Positions 8,675 to 18,720 of a stretch of 64,000 nucleotides of DNA are shown piece by piece (position 1 is the stretch's first letter; every line of letters begins with the position of its first letter). The notes under the pieces are model-generated. The model was not told the origin of the DNA, did not search any database, and saw only the letters and a program-made list of their open reading frames with translations. The DNA comes from an uncultured Planctomycetota bacterium (GTDB lineage: Bacteria; Planctomycetota; PLA2; JAEUHO01): positions 64,001-128,000 of the forward strand of contig CAVVXN010000005.1 in the NCBI GenBank assembly GCA_963752285.1, read 5' to 3'. A program made the position numbers and the translations under genes.

Positions 8675-11600
8675 ATGGGCACCGAAGTCTCTCGCCCGAT
8701 GCCGCCGCCCGAGCCCCGTCCCGGGGACGACGGTTCGGGGGGGGACGCACCGTGGCCCCGCCCGGACGACCGGGTGGGGGGCTACCGCGTCCTTCGGTCC
8801 GTCGGCCAGGGCGGGATGGGACGCGTGTTCCTCGCGGAGCGCGACGGGCGTCGCGTCGCGCTGAAGGTCATGCGGATCGGCCTGGCGTCGGAGACCACGA
8901 CGCGCCGTAGGTTCGAGCGCGAGGCGCGCCTCGGGCTCGCCGTGCGCCACGAGTACGTCGTCTCCGCGTACGACGCGGGTACCCTCGACCGCGAGGGCGA
9001 GACGTACGGCTATCTCGCGATGGAGTACGTCGAGGGCCAGACGCTCCGCGCGCTCGCCGTCGAGCTGTCGCGTGTGCCGGAGGAGCTCTGCCGTCACGTG
9101 GGCCGCGCCATCGCGAGCGGGCTCGCCGCGATCCACGCGGCCGGCGCGGTGCACCGAGACCTCAAGCCGAGCAACGTGATCATCACGCCCGAGCAGATCG
9201 TGAAGATCATGGACCTCGGCGTCGCCCACGTGGTGGACGACGCCTCCCGGCTCTCGCGCACGGGGGAGTTCCTGGGGTCCGTCCTCTACGCCGCGCCCGA
9301 GCAGTTCGGCTCGGAGCCCGTGGTGGACGCGCGTACGGACCTGTATGCGCTCGGTCTCGTCCTCTACGAGCTCCGGACCGGTCACAACCCGTTCGAGCAC
9401 CCCGAGCTCGTGGGCGTCGTGCGAAACGTGCTGGAGCTCGCCCCGCCCCGACTGGGCGATCTCGAGCCCCAGACCTCACCGTTCCTCGAGGAGGTCGTGC
9501 ATACCCTCCTCGAGAAGGAGCCCGGGCGGCGCTTCGCGAGCGCACGCGCCCTCCTCCAGGTCCTGGAGGAAGGCGAGGACTCCGACTGGTGGCGCCGGCG
9601 CGAGCACGAGAGGAGGGTCCGGGGCACGCGACCGCTCCGACGTCTCGCGCGCCGCGCCGAGGTAACGCTCTGCGGCCGGGAGGAGGAGCTCGGGGCGCTC
9701 GTCGCGGCGTTCGAGCGGGCGCGGTCGGGCGAGGGCCAGGTGGTCGTCGTGGAGGGCGAGGCCGGCATCGGCAAGAGCCGCCTCGTGGACGAGCTGGTGG
9801 CGCGGCTCGCGGAGCGCGGCGCGTCGGTGCAGTTCCTCCTCGGCGCGCACCCGCCCGGAGGCGCGCCCGCGCGGACGGACGCCTTCCTCGCGCTCGTCCG
9901 CGACCACATCGGTACGGAGGGCGTGGAGGAGGCGATCGCTCCCTCGCTTCGCGAGACGCCCTATCTCGTCCCCGGCTTCGCCGCGCTGCTGCGGGGCGAG
10001 ATGGCGCCGCCCGGCGCCGTGACCCTCGGGGAGGAGGCGCGGCAGACCGCGTTGGCCGCCGTCCTCTCGGGCCTGGCCGCGGAACGGCCGACGATCGTGG
10101 CCGTCGAGGACCTCCAGCTCGCCAGCGCGGAGGAGCGACGCACCTTCCTCGCGGTCGCGGGCGCCGTCCGGGGCCACCGTCTGCTCCTCGTCGGCACGAC
10201 GCGCCCCGGGCTTCCGGCGACCTGGCATGCGGCGCTGGAGGGCGCGGTCGAGACCACGAGGATCCGCCTCGCCCGACTCGGCGCGAAGGACCTCGCGCGC
10301 CTCCTGGAGGACGGCGTCGGGTCGCGGGTGGCCGCCGAGCTCGGCTGGAAGATCGCGCAGAAGTCCGACGGCAACCCCTATTTCGCGCTGGAGATCCTGA
10401 AGAGCCTCAAGGACGCCAACCGGATCCTGCAGGGCGCCGACGGCGCGTGGCGGATCACGGGGACCCTCCGGGACGTCGAGATCCCGTCGTCGGTCGTGGA
10501 CCTGGTCGCGGCGCGGCTCGACGCCCTCGACGACGACGAGCGCGAAATCCTGGAGGTCGCCGCCTGCTGCGGGCACGAGTTCGACGCCGCGCTCGTCGCG
10601 ACGGCTCTGGGGCGCGAGCGGATCCCCCTGCTCCGCGCGCTGGGTCGCATCGAGCGGGGACCCGGGCTCGTGCGCTCGACGGGAGCGCGGTTCCGCTTCG
10701 ACCATCACCAGGTGCAGGAGACGCTCTACGCCCGTCTCTCGCCGCCCCTGCGCTCGGAGTACCACGTGCTCCTCGCCAAGGCGATCGAAGCGTCGTCTTC
10801 TCCGGCCGACGAGGACCCGCGCCGCGCCGTCGAGCTCTGCCACCACTTCCTCCACGGCGGCCGGCACGCCGACGCCTCCCCGTACCTGGCGCCCGCGCTC
10901 GCCTGGCTCTACCAGACCGCGCAGTACGAGGCCGTCGTGGACCTCGCCGAGCGCGCGCTCGCCGGACCCGCGGAACGCCGCCGGCGCCTCGAGATCCTCC
11001 TCTCCCTGGGCTCCGCGCTCCAGCCGCTCGGCCGGTGGGCGCGGTGGGAGGAGATCCTCGCCGAGATGGTCCGTCTCGCCGACGAGGAGGGCGACCTCGC
11101 GCTCCGCGCACAGAGTCGTTCGGCGCTCGGCTGGTTCTACTGCGAGGTGGGACGTCACGGGGAGGGCCAGGCGGCGTTCGAGGAGCAGCTCCAGCTGGCG
11201 ATTCGACTCGGCGACCGGGCCCTCGAGGCCGTCGCGCTCGGGAACGCCCGCGGCTACGGCATCGACACCGGCCACTTCGAGGAGGCCAAGGACGCGTACC
11301 TCCGCCAGGTCGCGATCGCACGGGAGATCGGGAACCGGAAGATCGAGCAGCAGGGGCTCGGCAACCTCGGGCTCTCGCTCGAGTACCTCGGGCGCTGGGC
11401 GGGGGCGCTCGACGCGTTCCGCGGCTCGCTGGCGCTCTCCGAGGTGAGCGGCGACCGCGTGAACTCCGGTCTGTGCCACGTCGCGCTCGGGCGGATGCTG
11501 CCCCTGCTCGGCGAGCCGGAGCGCGGGCACGCGCACCTCGAGGTCGCGCTCTCGACGTTTCGTGCGCTCGGGCCGCGGCGCGCCGAGACCTACGCGCTCC

Positions 11601-12115
11601 ACCGCCTGGGCATCGTGGCGGAGCAGGCAGGCGACCTCGCGCGCGCCGAGGCGTTGTACGAAGCGGGCCTCTCCATGCGCCGCGAGCTCGGGTACCGCGG
11701 CGGCGTCGCGCGAAGCCTTCGCACGCTCGGCGCGCTCCAGGTGGCTCGCGGGCGCACGGAGGAGGGAGCCGCGCGGCTCGAGGAGGCGGAGGCCGTCGCG
11801 CGGGCCGTGGAGGACCACGGCGACTGGGTCCTCGCCGCCGCGTACCTCGCCCTGCTCGGGCGGCGGGACGCTTCGGCCGCCGAGTCCCTCTTCGCCGAGC
11901 TCGAACCGCGACTCCGTGCGGCGGACCGCCTGGAGGCCCTCTACGTGCTCTGGCGGACGACGGGCGGGGACGGGCACCTCGCGGCCGCGCGGCGTCTCCT
12001 CGACGACCTGGTCCTCTACGCGCCGCCGGACCACCGGAAGGGAATGGTCGAGCGCGTGCCGCTCCACCGCGCGGTTCGCGAGGGGAGGGGCAGGGGACCG
12101 GTCCCCACCCCTTGA
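8675..12115 (+). CDS. Ser/Thr protein kinase - AAA ATPase - TPR multidomain protein
   Basis: GQGGMGRV, VALK, HRDLKPSN, DLG, YAAPEQ; Walker A GEAGIGKS; VAVEDLQ; SDGNPYF; FDHHQVQETLY; C-terminal TPRs. Start 8675 or 8699. Confidence 0.9.
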   Translation: MGTEVSRPMPPPEPRPGDDGSGGDAPWPRPDDRVGGYRVLRSVGQGGMGRVFLAERDGRRVALKVMRIGLASETTTRRRFEREARLGLAVRHEYVVSAYDAGTLDREGETYGYLAMEYVEGQTLRALAVELSRVPEELCRHVGRAIASGLAAIHAAGAVHRDLKPSNVIITPEQIVKIMDLGVAHVVDDASRLSRTGEFLGSVLYAAPEQFGSEPVVDARTDLYALGLVLYELRTGHNPFEHPELVGVVRNVLELAPPRLGDLEPQTSPFLEEVVHTLLEKEPGRRFASARALLQVLEEGEDSDWWRRREHERRVRGTRPLRRLARRAEVTLCGREEELGALVAAFERARSGEGQVVVVEGEAGIGKSRLVDELVARLAERGASVQFLLGAHPPGGAPARTDAFLALVRDHIGTEGVEEAIAPSLRETPYLVPGFAALLRGEMAPPGAVTLGEEARQTALAAVLSGLAAERPTIVAVEDLQLASAEERRTFLAVAGAVRGHRLLLVGTTRPGLPATWHAALEGAVETTRIRLARLGAKDLARLLEDGVGSRVAAELGWKIAQKSDGNPYFALEILKSLKDANRILQGADGAWRITGTLRDVEIPSSVVDLVAARLDALDDDEREILEVAACCGHEFDAALVATALGRERIPLLRALGRIERGPGLVRSTGARFRFDHHQVQETLYARLSPPLRSEYHVLLAKAIEASSSPADEDPRRAVELCHHFLHGGRHADASPYLAPALAWLYQTAQYEAVVDLAERALAGPAERRRRLEILLSLGSALQPLGRWARWEEILAEMVRLADEEGDLALRAQSRSALGWFYCEVGRHGEGQAAFEEQLQLAIRLGDRALEAVALGNARGYGIDTGHFEEAKDAYLRQVAIAREIGNRKIEQQGLGNLGLSLEYLGRWAGALDAFRGSLALSEVSGDRVNSGLCHVALGRMLPLLGEPERGHAHLEVALSTFRALGPRRAETYALHRLGIVAEQAGDLARAEALYEAGLSMRRELGYRGGVARSLRTLGALQVARGRTEEGAARLEEAEAVARAVEDHGDWVLAAAYLALLGRRDASAAESLFAELEPRLRAADRLEALYVLWRTTGGDGHLAAARRLLDDLVLYAPPDHRKGMVERVPLHRAVREGRGRGPVPTP

Positions 12116-12121
12116 CGAGGG

Positions 12122-12868
12122 TCAAGACCGAACGGCGCTCAGGAGCGCGGCCACCTCGGCGTCGCCGAGCCGGCGCGCGGCCCCGGGAGCGAGGTCGCCG
12201 AGCGGGATCGGACCGAACGCGACGCGCACGAGCACCTCCACCTCGTGCCCGTCCGCCTCGAGCCGACGACGGATCTGCCGGTTCTTCCCCTCGCGGAGCA
12301 CGATCCGGAGCCAGGTCGAACGCGGTCCCTCGCGCTCGACCTCGACCTCCATCGGCCCGAGCACGAGATCGTCAACCTCGCGCGGCTCCGTCCGCCACGC
12401 CGCGAGCACGTCCGCCGTGGGATGGCCCCGGACCTTCACGCGGTAGACCTTCTCGGCGTGGGACGACGGGTCGAGGAGGCGCGCAGCGAGCAGGTGGTCG
12501 TTCGTGAGGAGGAGCAGGCCGGCGCTCGCGCGGTCCAGCCTCCCGACGGGCGCGAGACCCGGTGCGCGCGGCGCAGGGACCAGGCCCATCACGGTGGGCC
12601 GACCCTCGGGGTCCGCCGTCGTCGCGACGACGCCGCGCGGCTTGTTGACCGCCCACCACTCGATCTCCGCCGCCGTGGGCGGGGTGACGGGCGCGTCGTC
12701 GAGCGTCACCCGGTCGCGGTCCGGGTCCACGCGGCGCGCGCCGTCCGTGCACACGCGGCCGTTCAGCCGGACGCGCCCGGCACGGACGATCGCGCGGGCC
12801 GCGACACGCGTGGCGGCGTGGCAGCGGGAGAGGTAGCGGACGAGCGGAAGTCCCGGCACGTCCGCCAT
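12122..12868 (-). CDS. rRNA pseudouridine synthase (RsuA/RluB/RluF family)
   Basis: S4-like N-terminus, NKPRGVV, PVGRLDRASAGLLLLTND, EGKNRQIRR. Confidence 0.93.
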   Translation of the reverse strand: MADVPGLPLVRYLSRCHAATRVAARAIVRAGRVRLNGRVCTDGARRVDPDRDRVTLDDAPVTPPTAAEIEWWAVNKPRGVVATTADPEGRPTVMGLVPAPRAPGLAPVGRLDRASAGLLLLTNDHLLAARLLDPSSHAEKVYRVKVRGHPTADVLAAWRTEPREVDDLVLGPMEVEVEREGPRSTWLRIVLREGKNRQIRRRLEADGHEVEVLVRVAFGPIPLGDLAPGAARRLGDAEVAALLSAVRS

Positions 12869-13100
12869 CCTGCACCGGAGGGGCCCCCGGGCCACCGTCG
12901 GGGACCGAGCGTCGGACCGGTCGCCGAGACCGATAGGACCTCAGGGGCCGTGGGGACGCGGGCTGTGATCGCGTCGGGTCGTTCGGACCGGAACGTGCTC
13001 GCCGACGCCGGGGCGGGCCACCAGGCGTCGGGCCGGGCGTAGGTTCGGACCGGCGTGGCCCCGGCGATGCGCCCCGGCGCGCGCCGAAGGGAGACGAGCC

Positions 13101-13568
13101 ATGACGAAGGGCAGGTTCGACGCGGCGGCCCTCGCCCCGGGCGCGTTCCACGCCATGCTGGGGCTCGAGAGGTACCTCGCCGGGTGCGGCCTCGAAGCGA
13201 AGCTGCTGCACCTCGTGAAGCTCCGGGCGTCGCAGGTCAACGGCTGCGCGTACTGCATCGACATGCACTGGAAGGACGCCCGAGCGCTCGGCGAGACGGA
13301 GCAGCGTCTGTACGGGCTCGACGCCTGGCGGGAGGCGCCCTACTACACGGACCGCGAGCGCGCCGCGCTCGCGTGGACGGAGGCCGTGACCCTCGTTCAC
13401 GTCGGTCAGGTTCCGGACGAGGTCTACGACGCGGTGCGCGCGCACCTGAGCGAGCAGGAGGTCGCCGACCTCACCGTCGCGGCCGCGACGATCAACGCCT
13501 GGAACCGCATCGCGATCGCGAGTCGCGCTCCGGCGGGCTCGTACCGGCCGTCCCACGCGCGGGTCTGA
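13101..13568 (+). CDS. Carboxymuconolactone decarboxylase / AhpD-like protein
   Basis: LVKLRASQVNGCAYCIDMH, WREAPYYTDRERAALAWTEAVT, INAWNR; GGGAG SD. Confidence 0.93.
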   Translation: MTKGRFDAAALAPGAFHAMLGLERYLAGCGLEAKLLHLVKLRASQVNGCAYCIDMHWKDARALGETEQRLYGLDAWREAPYYTDRERAALAWTEAVTLVHVGQVPDEVYDAVRAHLSEQEVADLTVAAATINAWNRIAIASRAPAGSYRPSHARV

Positions 13569-13865
13569 CGCTCTCGACCGGGCGTCGCGGCGCCGGGTCT
13601 CGGCCGGAGACCCGGCGCGGCGTGCGTGCGGAGGGTGCGTCGCCCCGCGGGCGAAGCCCGTGCCCGCCACGGCCTCCCGGTCGGGAACGACCACCATGGC
13701 CGGATGCCGCCGGTCCCCGCCGGACGCGGCTCTTCCGTTCGGCGCGCCACGCGTCGGCGCGCGGCCCTGCCGCCCCGTGGGCGCGCGAAGGTCTCGAACC
13801 GAGGGACGCTCGGCGGCGGCCCCTCGCGGCGCTCGCGTCCCCCGAACCCGAGCTACCGTCGCGCG

Positions 13866-15650
13866 ATGGCGCTGCTCGGACTCACCGGGGTCACCGTCAC
13901 GCACGGCGGGCCGCCGGTCCTCGACGACGTCTCGCTCGTCGTGGACGAGGGGGAGCGGATCGCGCTCCTCGGGCGGAACGCCTCCGGGAAGTCCACCCTC
14001 CTGTCCGTGATCGCGGGCGAGCTCGAGCCCGACGCGGGCGAGCGCACGCTCCGGCAGGGGCTGCGGATCGCGCGTCTCCCCCAGGAGGTGCCGCGCGGCC
14101 TTCGCGGGACGGTGGCGGAGGTGGTCGGAGCGGGCCTCCCGACGGAGGAGGCGTGGCGCTCGAGGGAACGACTCGACCGGCTCTTCGCGGGACTGCGGCT
14201 CGACCCGGCAAGCGAGACCTCGAGGCTGAGCGCGGGCCTCTCCCGTCGGGTCCTCCTGGCGCGGGCGCTGGCCGCCTCGCCCGACCTGATGCTCCTCGAC
14301 GAGCCGACCAACCACCTCGACATCGCCGCGATCCGGTGGCTGGAGGCGCAGCTGACCGCCCGCGGCGGCGCGACGTTGTTCGTGACGCACGATCGAGCGT
14401 TCCTGCGGGGCCTCGCGACGCGCATCCTGGAGCTCGATCGTGGGCGGTTGACGTCGTGGCCGGGCGACCACGCGACCTACCTCCTCCGGCGGGAGGAGCG
14501 CGCGGCCGAGGAGACGCGCCGAAACGAGCGGGCCGACCGCAAGCTGGCGAAAGAGGAGGCGTGGCGGCGGAAAGGCGTCAAGGCGCAGCGCACGAGAGGC
14601 GAGGCCCGCGTCGTCGCGCTCGAGCAGATGCGCCGCGAGCGCCGGGCGCGTCGCGAAGCCACGGGCACGGCGGCGATCGCGATCGCCGAGGCGGAGCGCT
14701 CGGGGCGGCTCGTCCTGGACGGGAGAGGGCTCGTCGCGGGATACGGCGAGGTCGCGCTCCTTCGGCCGATGGATCTCCTGGTGATTCGAGGGGACAGGAT
14801 CGGGCTCGTCGGTCCGAACGGGAGCGGGAAGACGACGCTCGCCCGGACGTTGGTCGGGGACCTGCCGCCCGTGTCGGGGCGCGTGAAGCGCGGGACCGGT
14901 CTCGAGCCCGTCTGGTTCGATCCGCTCCACGCCGCCCTCGATCCCGCGAGCACCGTGGGGGAGTGCGTCTCCGGCGGGGTCCCGTTCGTCGAGGTCGGGG
15001 GGAAGCAGCGACACGTGACCTCCTACCTCGCCGACTTCCTCTTCGAGGCGGACGCCGCGCGCCAACCCGTGTCACGGCTCTCGGGGGGTGAGCGCGCCCG
15101 CCTCCTCCTCGCGCGTCTCTTCGCGCGTCCGAGCAACCTGCTGGTGCTGGACGAGCCGACCAACGACCTCGACGTCGAGACGCTCGACGTCCTGGAGGAC
15201 GCGTTGCTCGCCTACGGCGGGACGGTCCTCCTCGTGAGCCACGACCGCGACTTCCTCGACCAGACCGTGACGAGCCTCCTCGTCTTCGACGGCGCGGGCG
15301 GCGTCCGGGAGGTGGTGGGGGGGTGGAGCGAGTGGGCGAGGATCGAGGACCGCGAGCGAGCGGCCGAGTGCGCGGCGTCGCCCGCCCCGCCGGTCCGTCG
15401 CCCGCGGGCCGAGGCCGAGCGGGACGCCGCCCGTCGGGCGGCGAGGGCCCGGCGGGCGCTCGAGGAGCTGGAGCGCGAGGTCGAACGCCTGGAGGCCGAG
15501 CGCCGCGCGCTCCACGACCGGATGGGCGACCCGGCGTTCTGGAGCGGCCCTTCCGAGGACGTCGAGGCGACGAAGCGCCGGCTCGAGGCGCTCGAGGGGG
15601 ACCTCGTGGACGCCTACGAGCGGTGGACGAGCGCGGCCGAGGACGAGTGA
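13866..15650 (+). CDS. uup: ABC-F family ATPase, Uup-like
   Basis: Two ABC domains (GRNASGKST, LDEPTNHLD, GPNGSGKTT, LSGGE, LDEPTNDLD), linker EEAWRRKGVKAQRTR, C-terminal coiled coil ending YERW. Confidence 0.88.
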   Translation: MALLGLTGVTVTHGGPPVLDDVSLVVDEGERIALLGRNASGKSTLLSVIAGELEPDAGERTLRQGLRIARLPQEVPRGLRGTVAEVVGAGLPTEEAWRSRERLDRLFAGLRLDPASETSRLSAGLSRRVLLARALAASPDLMLLDEPTNHLDIAAIRWLEAQLTARGGATLFVTHDRAFLRGLATRILELDRGRLTSWPGDHATYLLRREERAAEETRRNERADRKLAKEEAWRRKGVKAQRTRGEARVVALEQMRRERRARREATGTAAIAIAEAERSGRLVLDGRGLVAGYGEVALLRPMDLLVIRGDRIGLVGPNGSGKTTLARTLVGDLPPVSGRVKRGTGLEPVWFDPLHAALDPASTVGECVSGGVPFVEVGGKQRHVTSYLADFLFEADAARQPVSRLSGGERARLLLARLFARPSNLLVLDEPTNDLDVETLDVLEDALLAYGGTVLLVSHDRDFLDQTVTSLLVFDGAGGVREVVGGWSEWARIEDRERAAECAASPAPPVRRPRAEAERDAARRAARARRALEELEREVERLEAERRALHDRMGDPAFWSGPSEDVEATKRRLEALEGDLVDAYERWTSAAEDE

Positions 15651-15833
15651 ACGACGGGCCCGAGTCCGTCACGGGCTCCCGTCGCCCGGGTCACGGGCCG
15701 CGGCGATCTCGCTCCGGTTCGTGCCCTCGGCGCTGGGCGGCGGTCGCCTCCGAGACGCCTCGTCGCTTCGCGCGACGGTCCACGCGCGGTGTCGAAGGGA
15801 TCCGCGAACGCGCCCAGCCCGCGCGCGCGGGAC

Positions 15834-16772
15834 TCAGCTGCGCTCGGGCGTCGTTCTCTTCGGCCTCGGGGCCGGCGCGTCGAACGAGACCGAGCGGCGC
15901 GAGAGGCTCCCGTGCTCGAAGCCCGTGACCGGGAAGCGGACGACGTCGTCGTCGAAGGACGCGGCGACGGCGAGGAGCAGCGGGACCAGGTGCTCGACCG
16001 TCGGGTGGTTCGTCCGTGCGGCCGGCGCGCGCCGTTCCCAGTCGAGGAGGGCGTCCACGTCGCGGCGGCGCAGCGCCTCCGTGGCCCACGCGTCGAACTC
16101 GGACGCCCACGCGACGACGGGCGCGTCCGGGCGCGGGTCGATCTGCCGCAGGTTGTGCGTGAGGTTGCCGCTCCCGAGGAACCACACGCCCTCGTCGCGC
16201 AGCGGTCTGAGCGCGCGACCGATGCGCCAGAGCGCCTTCGGGTCGTGCGAGGGCAGCGAGAGGAGGAGCACCGGCACGTCGGCCTGGGGCGCCATCCACC
16301 GGAGCGGGACCCACGCGCCGTGGTCGAGGCCGCGCGTCGGGTCCTCGTACACGGTACCGAGCGGCGCGAGCCGCTTCGCCACGTCCTTCGCGAGCGCGGG
16401 CGCCCCCGGGGCGGGGTAGCGGACCTGGTACAGCTCGCGCGGGAAGCCGCGAAAGTCGTAGACGAGCGGCCGCGTCCGCGTCGCCCCGATCGTCACCGGC
16501 GCGCGTTCGTAGTGCGCCGAGACGACGAGGATCGCGTCGGGTCGCGCGACCGCCTCGCCCCACCGGACGAGCGGCGCGCCCTTCTCCCGGTCGAGCGCGG
16601 TCATCGGCGAGCCGTGGCCGACGTAGGAGGACGGCGCGCGCCGAGGCGCCGCGCCGTCCGCCCACGCGCGCCGATCCGGCCACGCGAGGGCCACGCCCGC
16701 CGCCGCGAGGCCGGCGAGCACGCCGCGGCGCGAGAGAGGGGGTCCGGACGGCGAGGAGGACGCTCGACTCAC
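15834..16772 (-). CDS. DODA/YgiD-type (LigB family) extradiol dioxygenase with Tat-like signal peptide
   Basis: GHGSPM, VSAHY, YDFRGFP..LY..YPAPG, RGLDHGAWVPL, GSGNLTHNL, HPTVEHLVPL; N-terminal SRRGVLAGLAAAGVALA..AWA. Confidence 0.9.
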   Translation of the reverse strand: MSRASSSPSGPPLSRRGVLAGLAAAGVALAWPDRRAWADGAAPRRAPSSYVGHGSPMTALDREKGAPLVRWGEAVARPDAILVVSAHYERAPVTIGATRTRPLVYDFRGFPRELYQVRYPAPGAPALAKDVAKRLAPLGTVYEDPTRGLDHGAWVPLRWMAPQADVPVLLLSLPSHDPKALWRIGRALRPLRDEGVWFLGSGNLTHNLRQIDPRPDAPVVAWASEFDAWATEALRRRDVDALLDWERRAPAARTNHPTVEHLVPLLLAVAASFDDDVVRFPVTGFEHGSLSRRSVSFDAPAPRPKRTTPERS

Positions 16773-16823
16773 GGTCGGGCCAGCGTAGGACCCGCGGCAG
16801 GGGAGGGGGCGGTCGGCGGGTTC

Positions 16824-17471
16824 CTACCCCGTACAGGTGAACACGCTCGACACGCGACCCTCGGCGTCGAAGCGGATCACGAGGAACGCAAGATCGAGCT
16901 CCAGCTCCATGAAGCCGGGAGGGAGGCCCATGTCGTACGACCACTCGCCCGGAGACCGGGAGCCGTCCGGAGGACCGAGCAGCGCCGCCACCTCCTGCGT
17001 GGTGAGCCCCCGGAGACGACCCGAGTCCACGAGGTCGTCGACCATGCGCTGGCGCTCCTCCGTGCGCTCGCCCGTCGATGCGCGCCACCTCGCGGCGTCG
17101 AAGTCGGTGCGTCGGACGTACGCGACGACCTTCGGAGCGAAGGCCAAGCCGGCGAAGAGCAGGTACGGGCTCGAGACGCCGAGCCCGAACGCGGCCCACC
17201 GGGCCCGGACCGCGCCGCGCGCGCGGAGGACGGCGAGCGCCCCGACGGCGAGGAAGGGAACGGCGAGGGCCAGGGCCCCCAGAACCGTCGGGAGACGAGA
17301 CGACGGCGCGGGCGCGGTCGCGCGCAGGAGGAGGGAGTGGACGTACCACACGACGATCGTGCACCCGAGCCCGCCCACGAAGCCGGTGAGCGACATCGTC
17401 CATCGGGAGGGTCGGAGACGCTCCCACGCCGTCCCGGCGAGGAGGTCGGGTTCCCTGTCGCCCGTATCCAC
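16824..17471 (-). CDS. Membrane protein with C-terminal SmpA/BamE-like domain
   Basis: Three hydrophobic helices, then FDAARW..RQRMVDDL..GLTTQEVAALLGPPD..WSY..LVIRFDAEGRV. Confidence 0.65.
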   Translation of the reverse strand: MDTGDREPDLLAGTAWERLRPSRWTMSLTGFVGGLGCTIVVWYVHSLLLRATAPAPSSRLPTVLGALALAVPFLAVGALAVLRARGAVRARWAAFGLGVSSPYLLFAGLAFAPKVVAYVRRTDFDAARWRASTGERTEERQRMVDDLVDSGRLRGLTTQEVAALLGPPDGSRSPGEWSYDMGLPPGFMELELDLAFLVIRFDAEGRVSSVFTCTG

Positions 17472-17527
17472 GCCCCGATGCTACACGACCGCCCCGTCGC
17501 GTCGGGGCACGCGCGGCCGGCGCCGGG

Positions 17528-18370
17528 TCAGGCAGCCGGGGCCGGTTCGAGCGAGGTGCGGCGAATCGTGCCCTTCCCCTCGCGCTTCGCCGCGTACATG
17601 AGGCGGTCGGCGGCGCGCACGATTTCGTCGGCCGGAGGCAGCGGCGGCGCCGCCGTGACCAAGCCCACGCTCACGCCCATCGGCCAGCCGTGGGCCCGTA
17701 CGGCCTCCTGGATCGCGGAGAGCATCCGGGCGAGCGCGGTCGAGGCCGCCTCGGCGCCCGTCTCGGGGAGGAGGAGCGCGAACTCGTCCCCCCCGAGCCG
17801 CGCGAGGAGATCGCCCCGACGGAGCGTCGCCTGCCCCTCGCGCGCGACGACCTGGAGGGCCAGGTCGCCCGCCGCGTGCCCCGCCGCGTCGTTCACCTGC
17901 TTGAAGTCGTCGAGATCCAGGTAGGCGAGACTCAACGTGCGACCATGCCGATTGCTCCGCGCCACCTCGAGCTCGAGCCCCTCGCGGAAGGACCGGGCGT
18001 TCGCGACGCCGGTCAGCGCGTCGATCGTCGCGGAGGCCTGGAGCCGTCCCTGGAGGACACGCAGGCGTCCGAGGAGCGACGCGGTGACGACGAAGAAACC
18101 CAGGCGGATCGCGGCGTTCCAGTATGCGATCGCGGCGTGCGAGTACCCGTGGCCGCCCGCGACGTCCGCCGCGTGCCAGGCGCCGGCGGAGACGAGGCTC
18201 GCCAACCCGCCGAGTCGCGTCCCCCCGGACCACGTCACGAGCGCGACCGGGACCAGGTAGAAGAGCGAAACGCCGATCTCGGATCCCGTCGCCAGGTCGA
18301 GGTACCCGATCATCGGGATCAGGGCGAAGCCCGCGAACACGGGTAGACGGGCGTCCGTGCGGGCACGCAT
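17528..18370 (-). CDS. Membrane-anchored diguanylate cyclase (GGDEF)
   Basis: DALTGVANAR, DLDDFKQVND..GH..GD, RRGD I-site, ARLGGDEF; N-terminal TM helices; start at ATG 18370 behind a TATGCT box. Confidence 0.93.
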   Translation of the reverse strand: MRARTDARLPVFAGFALIPMIGYLDLATGSEIGVSLFYLVPVALVTWSGGTRLGGLASLVSAGAWHAADVAGGHGYSHAAIAYWNAAIRLGFFVVTASLLGRLRVLQGRLQASATIDALTGVANARSFREGLELEVARSNRHGRTLSLAYLDLDDFKQVNDAAGHAAGDLALQVVAREGQATLRRGDLLARLGGDEFALLLPETGAEAASTALARMLSAIQEAVRAHGWPMGVSVGLVTAAPPLPPADEIVRAADRLMYAAKREGKGTIRRTSLEPAPAA

Positions 18371-18720
18371 GCGAGGAGCATACGCCGCGGGCTCGGCGGC
18401 CCGCGCGGTCGATTCCCTGGGGCCAGAGGCCCGGGGCCGGCCGGATCGGCCCGCTCGGGTCGCGCTCCGCCGACCCGGAGGGACACCAGCCCGCGGGGTC
18501 GCACCGCGAGAGCCCCGTGCGAGTCGGGGCGCCGTGGCGTCGGGGTAACGCCACGCCTCCGGGGACGCGCGCGACCGCAAAGCGCCACCGCCCCGGGGCC
18601 GGCTCCCGGCTCTCGCGGGAATCGTGCGGGCGCGGGCGATACCCTGGAGAGCGGTTTGCCGGGACCCCGGGTTCCCCCGAGCCCCGAGGCCCGAACCGGG
18701 AACCATCGCGAGGCCCACCC

